Position numbers and translations under genes: made by a program. 64,000 nucleotides of DNA, from positions 2,784,001 through 2,848,000 of the forward strand of contig CAWJET010000001.1 in NCBI GenBank assembly GCA_963842085.1. Reading direction: 5' to 3'. This stretch comes from an uncultured delta proteobacterium. Its GTDB lineage: Bacteria > Desulfobacterota > Binatia > Binatales > Binataceae. Shown here piece after piece: positions 56,576 through 64,000 of this stretch (its first letter is position 1; each line of letters starts with the position of its first letter). The notes under the pieces were generated by a model. It searched no databases. It was not told the DNA's origin and saw nothing but the letters and a program-made list of their open reading frames with translations.

Positions 56576-57382
56576 ATGGACATTCTGGGAGAACATCCGA
56601 GCATACCGATAGGCGTCGCGTTTCTGATCGCGATTTACCTCGGCGCGTGCCGCGCGGCCGGCCGCAGACCGACGCGGCGTCAGGCGATGTGGTTCGCGTT
56701 GGCGATGGGCGCGATTCTATTCACGCACACTGAGCTCGACGAACTCGCGGACGCGCGAATCTTTTCGATGCACATGCTGCAGCATCTGATGCAGACCCTT
56801 GTGATTCCGCCGCTGCTGCTGATGGGTACGCCGGGCTGGATGCTGAGGCCCTGGCTCCTCAGCCGGCCGCTCAAGCCGATCGCGCGCCTGCTCACGCAAC
56901 CGGTGGTGGCGTTCCTGATTTTTTCGGCGGTGTTCGTCAGCGCGCACTTTCCGCCGATCTTCGATCGGATGTGCCGCGACGAGGACTTTCACATTTTCCT
57001 GCACCTGCTGTTCATGGCCTCCGGCGTGCTGCTATGGTTCCCGATACTGAGTCCGCTGCCCGAGCTGCCGCGGCTCTCGTACCCGGCGCAAATCCTTTAC
57101 CTGTTCCTGCTGATGATCCCGATGACTGCGGTGGCCGCGCCGATCACGCTCGCGACCCGCGTGATTTATCCATGGTATACCGAGGGCGCGCACGGATGGG
57201 GCCTCAAGCCGATCGACGACCAGGTGCTGGGCGGGCTGATCATGTGGATCGGGCAGGGCACGTATCTGATGTTCATTTTCACATTCATCTTCTACAAGTG
57301 GCAGCAGCGCGAAGACCGCGACATCCCGGTTCTGCCCGCATCGACGACGCCGGAGCTGCGCGTGCTGCGAGCCCGCTCGTGA
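56576..57382 (+). CDS. ctaG: caa3-type oxidase assembly factor CtaG
   Basis: FSMHMLQHL...PPLLLMG, H-x3-H, LLWFPIL, DDQVLGGLIMW. Confidence 0.9.
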   Translation: MDILGEHPSIPIGVAFLIAIYLGACRAAGRRPTRRQAMWFALAMGAILFTHTELDELADARIFSMHMLQHLMQTLVIPPLLLMGTPGWMLRPWLLSRPLKPIARLLTQPVVAFLIFSAVFVSAHFPPIFDRMCRDEDFHIFLHLLFMASGVLLWFPILSPLPELPRLSYPAQILYLFLLMIPMTAVAAPITLATRVIYPWYTEGAHGWGLKPIDDQVLGGLIMWIGQGTYLMFIFTFIFYKWQQREDRDIPVLPASTTPELRVLRARS

Positions 57383-57459
57383 CGCTTGCCGGGTCCGGAT
57401 CTTCTGGGCTACTAGTTGCGTAGTCGCGCGCCTGATTTTGGCCCGCCGGGGCCGGCTGC

Positions 57460-58512
57460 GTGACGAGGAAGATGCAGCATTCGAGGGCGCGGATCATCAT
57501 CGATGGAGCGGTTGCCGGGATCATCGGCGCCCTGGTTGTCGCCCTCTGGTTTCTGATCTTCGACGTAATTCGCGGTCACGCGCTTGAGACGCCGGCCCTG
57601 CTGGCGGCCACGATTCTGCACGGCTCGCACAATTACGAAGTCCTTCACGGGCTGAAGCTGCTGGCGCTGGAATACTCGCTGCTCCACTTCGCCGCCTTCA
57701 TCGCGTTCGGCATCGCCGGAGGATTGCTGCTCGAAGCGTGCGAGAGCGAGTCGTCGCTGCTCTTTTCGCTGGCGATCTTTTTCGTCGCCTTCGAAGTTTT
57801 CTTTATCGCGGTCGTGCTGTTCCTGGGGCCGAACGTGATGGCGGAGCTGACCTGGTGGGGTATCATCGTCGGCAACCTGCTCGCCACGGCCGCGATGCTG
57901 TCGTATTTCTTCTGGCGGCATCCTGCCCTCGCGTTCAATCTGCTGGGCGGCTGGATTACGGTCGCGCGCGAAGGCGTGACCGCCGGACTGGTGGGCGGCG
58001 TCGTCGTCGCCATCTGGTTCATGTGCTACGACTTCGCCGCGGGCAATTCGTTTCACACGCCGGCGATTCTTGGTGCGATGGTCTTTGGCAGCGCGAGCGT
58101 AACCAGTGGCATCCACGCGACGCTGCCGCTGGTGCTCGGCTACTCGATCCTGCATTTCTTTGCGTTCGTCGTGTTCGGGCTGGCGCTGGCGGTTTTGCTT
58201 GCTGCATCGGAATGGGAACCGTTCATGCTCCTCGGCGCGCTGCTGCTGCTTGCAGTGTTCGAGGTATTCTTTGTCGGATTCGTTTCGCTGATCGATGCGT
58301 CAGCGCTCGAAGCCCTGGGATGGTGGAAAATCGTAGCGGGAAACATCCTGGCGCTGATCGCGATGGCGACGTACTTCATCCGCGGCCATCACGGACTCGG
58401 TATCAAACTGGTTGAGCGATGGGCGATGCTCGACCACGAGGGCGCCGAGATGGGCGATCTGCCGCCCGCGCCGTCCAACCACGAGCCCGACAATCATCCA
58501 TCGCATCTTTGA
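57460..58512 (+). CDS. Hypothetical polytopic membrane protein with internal tandem duplication
   Basis: Both halves carry GxxAG...WF..D...TPA...YSxLHF...FEVFF...WW.I..GN.LA...YF...H. Confidence 0.85.
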   Translation: MTRKMQHSRARIIIDGAVAGIIGALVVALWFLIFDVIRGHALETPALLAATILHGSHNYEVLHGLKLLALEYSLLHFAAFIAFGIAGGLLLEACESESSLLFSLAIFFVAFEVFFIAVVLFLGPNVMAELTWWGIIVGNLLATAAMLSYFFWRHPALAFNLLGGWITVAREGVTAGLVGGVVVAIWFMCYDFAAGNSFHTPAILGAMVFGSASVTSGIHATLPLVLGYSILHFFAFVVFGLALAVLLAASEWEPFMLLGALLLLAVFEVFFVGFVSLIDASALEALGWWKIVAGNILALIAMATYFIRGHHGLGIKLVERWAMLDHEGAEMGDLPPAPSNHEPDNHPSHL

Positions 58513-58519
58513 GAGCCGG

Positions 58520-59317
58520 TTAAATTCCAAGCACGTCGCGCATCGTGTAGAGCCCCGGCTTGCGGCTTACCAGCCAGCCTGCCGCACGCAGCGCGCCGCG
58601 TGCGAGCGAGTCGCGGCTCTGCGCGCGATGAATCAGCTCGAGGCGCTCGCCCTGACCGCCGAAAATCACGGTGTGATCGCCGACCGCGTCGCCCGCGCGC
58701 ATCGCGAGCACCGCAATCTTGCCGTCGGGCCTGATGCCCGTGATTCCTTCGCGGCCGTAGACCGCGTTGGAGGCGAACTCCACGCCGCGTGCCGACGCGA
58801 TCGCCTTGCCGAGCGACAGCGCGGTGCCGCTGGGCGCGTCGATCTTGGTGCGATGATGAATCTCGAGGACTTCGGCGTCGAAGTCGGGAAGGATCGCGGC
58901 GACTTCGGCGACGATCTTGGCAAGCACGTTGACTCCGATGCTCATGTTGGGCGCGATCACGGTGCGCGTCTTCTGCGCCAGTTCGCGCGCGCGGGTTTCC
59001 ATCGCGGGTGTAAAGCCGGTCGAGCCGATCACGATCGCGGCTCCGGCTTTCGACGCAATTTCGAGATGCTCCAACGAGGCGGCGGCGTTCGTGAAGTCCA
59101 GCGTGACAGTGTCGGGCTTTGCGAGCGACGCGTAGTCGTCGGTGATTTTCACACCGAGCGTGCCCACGCCGGCGAGCTCGCCGGCGTCGGCTCCGATCGC
59201 GCCGATGCCGTGCGCTTCGAGCGCGCCGACTATTTTATGCGCCGGCTCGCGCGACGCGAGCGCGACCAGCAGCCGGCCCATCCGGCCCGCTGCTCCAGCC
59301 ACGATTAGATTAGCCAT
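58520..59317 (-). CDS. dapB: 4-hydroxy-tetrahydrodipicolinate reductase
   Basis: GAAGRMG, DFT, IGSTG, APNMSIGVN, EIHHRTKIDAPSGTA, GDHTV. Confidence 0.97.
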   Translation of the reverse strand: MANLIVAGAAGRMGRLLVALASREPAHKIVGALEAHGIGAIGADAGELAGVGTLGVKITDDYASLAKPDTVTLDFTNAAASLEHLEIASKAGAAIVIGSTGFTPAMETRARELAQKTRTVIAPNMSIGVNVLAKIVAEVAAILPDFDAEVLEIHHRTKIDAPSGTALSLGKAIASARGVEFASNAVYGREGITGIRPDGKIAVLAMRAGDAVGDHTVIFGGQGERLELIHRAQSRDSLARGALRAAGWLVSRKPGLYTMRDVLGI

Positions 59318-59370
59318 CGCAATTCACTCTGCCCGCGTTACGCGGGCGCGATGCGGACGCTATTGCTGTA

Positions 59371-59637
59371 TCAGGAAGCCGGAGCCTCGGCCGCCGCCGC
59401 TTCAGCCGCGGGCGCTGCCGCCGCTTCTGCCGCCTTGCCGTGCTTGGCCTTGAAGTGTTCGTCGCACAGGCTCGAGGTGCCGTGGCGATGCTTGCGGCAT
59501 TTCTCGAAGGTGCACGTTTTGTAGCGCGCCTTGGGCATCTCGCCGGCTTTCCAAAGCCGAAAATGCTGTCGGCAGTAACCCTTGCCGACCGCCTCGCGCG
59601 CGCAATCTTTCGCTTTGCAGTTTCCCTTGTTCGCCAT
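59371..59637 (-). CDS. Small basic protein with two CCCH Zn-finger-like repeats and an Ala-rich tail
   Basis: C-x4-C-x9-C-x2-H and C-x4-C-x10-C-x2-H. ATG 59637 follows AAGGGA. Confidence 0.8.
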   Translation of the reverse strand: MANKGNCKAKDCAREAVGKGYCRQHFRLWKAGEMPKARYKTCTFEKCRKHRHGTSSLCDEHFKAKHGKAAEAAAAPAAEAAAAEAPAS

Positions 59638-59725
59638 GAATCCCTTCTTGGAAGCCGCTTCCCGACGCAAGCGCCGAAAATCGCGGCCGAGCAATTCATC
59701 TACAATAGTGTGTGCCGCCGGTGCT

Positions 59726-60883
59726 TCATAGAGGGTGGGAATCAATCATTCGCAGTGAAAGTGCCAACGCTGCCATTGCGAGCGTGGCTGTCAGCGCGAC
59801 CTCCATGCTTGCGCGCGGGCTTACGTCGGCGATCGCATGGCCCATTATCCAGGGCGCGACGATCCCGCCGAGCGCGCCGCCCGCCACTACGATCGCAGTC
59901 ATCCTGCCGACCTCGGCCGGGAAGCTGGCGGCGCCAATCGCGATCATGTTGGGGAAGACGGGGCCGTAGCCGAAGCCGATCAGAAACACAGCCGATGCCG
60001 CAAGGCCGCCGGCCGTGGGCGCCGCGATCAACATCACCAGCGCAGCGGAAGATAGCATAGAAGCCAGCATCGTGAATTGCGGCAATGCGATGCGATGCCC
60101 CAATCGTCCGCCAAACGCCCGCCCGCACACCAATCCCAGCCAATAGAGCGAGACGCCCGACGACGCGAGCATCGGGCCGAGCGCGCCCGCCGTGCGCAAG
60201 TAGAGAAAGAGCCACGCGCCAATCCCGATTTCGGCGCCGACGTACAGGAACATCACTGCGCTGATCGCCCAAATCAGCGGTCGCGATAGCATCTTCAGAA
60301 ATCCGTGGCCGATGACCGGCGCCGTTCGGACTTCGATTGCTGCGCTAAGGCCTAAGCGAAACGCGATTGCGGCACACATGATCGCGCCGCCGCCGAACAC
60401 CCACCAGTACGGCACCCGGGCTGCGAAGGCGGCGCTGACCATCAGCGGCCCGAGCAGCGCGCCGACGCCGAACAGCACGTGCAGGTAGTTGAGCGCGGAG
60501 GCGAGCCGCTCGCGATTCAGCTCTACGATGAGCGCATTGGCGCCGATGTCGATGCCGCCATTGGCGACGCCGATCACAAATCCGGCCGATAGCAGTCCAG
60601 TAAGGCCACGAGCCACTGCGAGCCTCGTCAGCCCGGCCGTGAACAGCGCCATCGCACCGACGAGGATCTTCTGCGCGCTCATTTGTTGATTGATCTCGCC
60701 GGCGATCAGCACCGATATGAAATAACCGGCCGACGCGGCGCTGACGATCAATCCGGCGCGCTCGATCGGCAGATGCGTGGTACGAGAAATCTGGGGGATA
60801 AAGGGGCCGAGCCAGCCACTATTGATGCCCACCATCAGCAGGCACGAATACGCCAGCCGGGTGATCGTTCGCTCGCGGCTCAT
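59726..60883 (-). CDS. MFS transporter (FucP/TsgA-like)
   Basis: Starts MSRERTIT at ATG 60883; LNYLHVLFGVGALLGP, FLYVGAEIG, GPVFP; about 12 TM. Confidence 0.88.
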   Translation of the reverse strand: MSRERTITRLAYSCLLMVGINSGWLGPFIPQISRTTHLPIERAGLIVSAASAGYFISVLIAGEINQQMSAQKILVGAMALFTAGLTRLAVARGLTGLLSAGFVIGVANGGIDIGANALIVELNRERLASALNYLHVLFGVGALLGPLMVSAAFAARVPYWWVFGGGAIMCAAIAFRLGLSAAIEVRTAPVIGHGFLKMLSRPLIWAISAVMFLYVGAEIGIGAWLFLYLRTAGALGPMLASSGVSLYWLGLVCGRAFGGRLGHRIALPQFTMLASMLSSAALVMLIAAPTAGGLAASAVFLIGFGYGPVFPNMIAIGAASFPAEVGRMTAIVVAGGALGGIVAPWIMGHAIADVSPRASMEVALTATLAMAALALSLRMIDSHPL

Positions 60884-60918
60884 CAACCGGCCGCCATCCA
60901 ATGTCCCGACGTGCAACG

Positions 60919-61542
60919 TCACGACGCGACCGAGCGGAGCACGCGGTAGAGCGGTTCGAGCTCGCGAAACGCGTCGAGTACTTCGGCGCGATCGACGGTC
61001 AGCGCGTCGCGCACAGGCCATCCGAAGCCGACGTCGATGCCGCCGGTCTTTTTCTCGAGCGCGTCCCCGAGTCCGTCGAAGAAATCGGCGCCGGCCGCAC
61101 GCGAGCTCGGCAATTCGCGACAGTCCCAGTTTTGGTACTGTTGAATCTTTGTGCCGCGAAAAGATTTTTCCAGCTCCACTGACTTCGACTTGATCAGCCG
61201 CCCCATCTGGGACCGCTGGTCGGCGTCGGATTTCACGATCGCGCGCGCGTGGATGCCCACGCCGGAGATGCATAGCGCGAGATATCCGTAGCGCTTGTAT
61301 CCGGCGCGCGACGGCCCGAACGCCGCCCACGTCTCATCGGGAGCATTCGCGGTGATGCGCATATGCTTGGCGACATGCGGAAAGAACTCCATGCGCAGTG
61401 TTCGCGACAGTTCCGGCGCCAGTTCGATCCCGAGCCGCATCAGGCGCGGCCTGATGTGCTCGTCGATCTTCGCCATGCGAGCGTTGAAACCTTCGATCGC
61501 GAACACGTCGAAATCGCGGCGCGAAAACCCCAGCGTCGCCAT
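60919..61542 (-). CDS. DUF1054 (YktB-like) protein
   Basis: GFSRRDFDVFAIEGFNARM...IRPRL...FPHVAKHMR...ETWAAF...GYK. Confidence 0.85.
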   Translation of the reverse strand: MATLGFSRRDFDVFAIEGFNARMAKIDEHIRPRLMRLGIELAPELSRTLRMEFFPHVAKHMRITANAPDETWAAFGPSRAGYKRYGYLALCISGVGIHARAIVKSDADQRSQMGRLIKSKSVELEKSFRGTKIQQYQNWDCRELPSSRAAGADFFDGLGDALEKKTGGIDVGFGWPVRDALTVDRAEVLDAFRELEPLYRVLRSVAS

Positions 61543-61558
61543 CAAGCTGACTCCGGAC

Positions 61559-62011
61559 TCACTTCGCGACTCGGTTGCGCTCGCGCTCCTGAAAGGCCTT
61601 CTCCCAGTTGCGCCCGTCGAAATGGGTGTGCTCGAGCTTGCTGGCATTCACACCTTCGAGGCATCGCACGTTGACGTCGAACGCGTCGGGATCGGAGCGT
61701 GGGATGTAGAATGGTGCGACGCCGCAATTCGGACAGAAGAGATGCCGGGCGGTTTTCGTATTGAACGCGTACGACGCGATATCGTCGGACTTCGTCAGCA
61801 GCCGGAACGCGCTGCGCGGAACGATCCAGTGCACGTAGCCCTTCTTCGTGCAGATCGAGCAGTTGCATTCCGAGACGCGGTCGAGCGCGCCCCTCACCTC
61901 GAAGCGGATGCGCCCGCAATGGCATCCGCCGCGGTAGGTCCGTTCGAACGGTTTCTTCTTCTCGGGCTCTTTTCTTGCGGGCAGTTTCTTTGCGGTCGCT
62001 TTTTTCTTCAT
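61559..62011 (-). CDS. GFA / CENP-V family Zn-binding protein
   Basis: GGCHCGRIRF, CNCSIC, FCPNCG, VNVRCL. Confidence 0.93.
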   Translation of the reverse strand: MKKKATAKKLPARKEPEKKKPFERTYRGGCHCGRIRFEVRGALDRVSECNCSICTKKGYVHWIVPRSAFRLLTKSDDIASYAFNTKTARHLFCPNCGVAPFYIPRSDPDAFDVNVRCLEGVNASKLEHTHFDGRNWEKAFQERERNRVAK

Positions 62012-62123
62012 AGACGCTTTGTTTAGTCGAACGCCTTTGGCAAGGAAACGGGCGAGCGTGAGAGCGTTGGACCATTGAGATTTGCCGATGACGATTGCGC
62101 GATGCGCGTGTTACAATCACTTG

Positions 62124-63110
62124 ATGGCCGCGACGTCAGAATCAGTCTCCAGTCCGCCCTTCGATGCGACGCTTGCGCGTCACGGGATTCGCGGGCTCAC
62201 CCGCAAATCGCCCACGACCATCCAGGTAAACGTCGGCAAGTTGTGCAACCAGGCGTGCCATCATTGCCACGTCGACGCGGGCCCGCGGCGGACCGAACGG
62301 ATGACGCGAGCGACGGCGGAGCGCGTGCTCGAAGTGCTCGCGGCAAGTCCGCGGATCGAGGCGCTCGATATCACCGGCGGTGCGCCGGAGCTGAACCCGA
62401 ACTTTGCGATGCTGGTTGAGCGGGCGCGCGCGCTCGGCCGCAGGGTGATCGTTCGATGCAATCTGACGGTGACGCAGGAACCCGGGATGGAATGGCTGGT
62501 GGAATTCTACCGGCGCTCGGGCGTTGAGCTGGTTTGTTCGCTCCCGTGCTACACGGCCGCGAACACTGATCGTCAGCGCGGCGCGGGAGTGTTCGACAAA
62601 AGCATCGCGGCGTTGCGGCAACTGAATAGCGCAGGATTCGGGCGCGGCGAGCTGCGGCTGGATCTCGTGTACAACCCGATTGGAGCGTCGCTGCCGCCGC
62701 CGCAGGCGGAGCTCGAGGCGCAGTATCGCGACGAACTCGGGCGCAATTTCGGGATCATGTTCGATCGCCTGCTGACGATCACGAACATGCCGATCGCGCG
62801 CTTCGCCAACCAGTTGAGCGCCACCGGCAGCCATTCGGCGTACATGAGCCTGCTGGTGAATCACTTCAACCGGGCGACCGTGGACGCTCTGATGTGCCGC
62901 GACCTGGTGAGCGTCGGATGGAACGGGCGGCTCTACGACTGCGACTTCAACCAGATGCTGGAAATCCCGCTCGGCGCCAGCGCCGCACAGACAATCTGGG
63001 ACATCGACGACATCGGCGGACTCGCCGGCGCGCGCATCGCGACCGGCTCGCATTGCTTCGGATGCACCGCGGGCGCCGGCTCGAGCTGCGGCGGCGCGAT
63101 CGCCATGTGA
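62124..63110 (+). CDS. arsS: Radical SAM protein, ArsS/DUF3641 type
   Basis: CNQACHHCHVDAGP (CxxxCxxC), DITGGAPE, YDCDFNQML, C-terminal HCFGCTAGAGSSCGG. Confidence 0.85.
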   Translation: MAATSESVSSPPFDATLARHGIRGLTRKSPTTIQVNVGKLCNQACHHCHVDAGPRRTERMTRATAERVLEVLAASPRIEALDITGGAPELNPNFAMLVERARALGRRVIVRCNLTVTQEPGMEWLVEFYRRSGVELVCSLPCYTAANTDRQRGAGVFDKSIAALRQLNSAGFGRGELRLDLVYNPIGASLPPPQAELEAQYRDELGRNFGIMFDRLLTITNMPIARFANQLSATGSHSAYMSLLVNHFNRATVDALMCRDLVSVGWNGRLYDCDFNQMLEIPLGASAAQTIWDIDDIGGLAGARIATGSHCFGCTAGAGSSCGGAIAM

Positions 63111-63138
63111 AACCCGAGGTGGTTTCACACTTCCTTCG

Positions 63139-63160
63139 GCAGGGGTGACCCCTGCCCCCA
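63139..63160. repeat. Short palindromic REP-like element, second copy
   Basis: GCAGGGG-TGA-CCCCTGC perfect hairpin between convergent genes; matches 37741-37756. Confidence 0.5.
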
Positions 63161-63250
63161 GTGAAAAGAAAAGATGAGGGACTTCGTCCGTGTCAGAACT
63201 ATTTAGCGGAGAGCGCGAGATTTTTTCTCCTCGATTGTTCCCGCGCGGTG

Positions 63251-64000
63251 TTAGAAGGTCATCGGCAGAGACTGCAGGCCGCGCAGACTCATCGCGGGCC
63301 GCCATTTCGGGTTCGGGTCGGCGAGCGCCAGCTTGGGCATCCGGCGAAGAATCGTTTCGAATGCGATGCGCCCTTCCGCTTTTGCGAGCACTTCGCCGAT
63401 GCATCGATGGGGTCCGGCGGCGAATGACAGGTGATAGTTGTCGGGACGCGTGATGTCGAGCTTGTCAGGTTCCGGAAATCGCTCCGGGTCGCGATTGGCA
63501 GCGCCCAGGAACACGACCACGTGCTCGCCGCGCGGAATCGTCCTGCCAGCGAGTTCGATGTCTTCGCTGGCGGTGCGGAAAGTCACCTGCACCGGGCTGT
63601 CGAAACGCAGGAACTCATCGAGCGCGGACTCGATTAGTGACGGGTCGGATCTCAGGCGCGCTAAAGCGTCGGGATTGCGGAACAGCGCCAGCATCCCGTT
63701 GCCGATCATGTTCATCGTGGTTTCGTGGCCGGCCAGCAGCGTGAACATCGCGCTGAACACTAGTTCCTCCTCGGTCTTTAGTTCGCCGCGGCCTTCGGCG
63801 GCCACCATGATGCTGATCAAATCCTCGCGCGGATGCTTGCGGCGGTCGGCGGCCAGATCCGTGAAATAGCGGCGCACATCCGCGATCGCCTGGCGCACTT
63901 CCACGCCCGGGTCGTTCGCACTGATAACGGGGTCGAGCGGCACGCCGAGCGTGCGCATCCAGTCGCGAAACATCGGCTTGTCCGCGTCAGTGGCGCCCAT
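63251..64000 (-). CDS. Cytochrome P450, C-terminal part; 5' end lies outside the window
   Basis: AGHETT (I-helix), EFLR (ExxR), NRDPERF, FAAGPHRCIG heme Cys. Confidence 0.96.
   Translation of the reverse strand: MGATDADKPMFRDWMRTLGVPLDPVISANDPGVEVRQAIADVRRYFTDLAADRRKHPREDLISIMVAAEGRGELKTEEELVFSAMFTLLAGHETTMNMIGNGMLALFRNPDALARLRSDPSLIESALDEFLRFDSPVQVTFRTASEDIELAGRTIPRGEHVVVFLGAANRDPERFPEPDKLDITRPDNYHLSFAAGPHRCIGEVLAKAEGRIAFETILRRMPKLALADPNPKWRPAMSLRGLQSLPMTF

Noticed and set aside
60884-61330. N-terminal extension of the 534-aa MFS ORF
   Set aside because: It overlaps the DUF1054 gene out of frame; the MFS begins at ATG 60883.
63080-63110. Selenocysteine in the ArsS C-terminal motif
   Set aside because: The codon in GSSCGG is TGC, and the TGA at 63108-63110 follows a complete C-terminus.

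Overview
GC-rich bacterial chromosomal segment with about 60 genes. I saw no rRNA, tRNA, CRISPR array, integrase or transposase. Gene style suggests a Deltaproteobacteria-like lineage such as Ca. Binatota; this is inference only. From left to right: SDR, DUF1634, TauE/SafE transporter and a degenerate PyrF paralog; a sigma-54-preceded operon (membrane histidine kinase, NtrC-type regulator, ICMT/PEMT methyltransferase, PspA, lipoprotein); cinA-pgpA; cysQ-like gene; two MFS transporters; XRE regulator; beta-barrel porin then glnA; M1 aminopeptidase, GH13, amidohydrolase, DedA, gltA; a hydrolase / Cys-less thiolase / DUF35 / PHP / MaoC-MaoC operon; an MntA-HepT pair with a frameshifted toxin; ispG; dapL-folK-tal; a 12.3 kb alternative complex III plus caa3 oxidase operon (actABCDF without actE/actG, coxB, fused coxI/III, coxIV, ctaG, duplicated membrane protein) lying between dapL and dapB; a small Zn-finger protein, MFS, DUF1054, GFA, ArsS-like radical SAM and a partial P450. 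Three families of REP-like palindromic repeats occur in intergenic regions. The best candidates for undescribed biology are the two-component/sigma-54 PspA module, the atypical ACIII-caa3 operon, the PHP-containing aldolase/hydratase operon and the PyrF pseudoenzyme. All family calls come from motif recognition by eye; no database searches were run.
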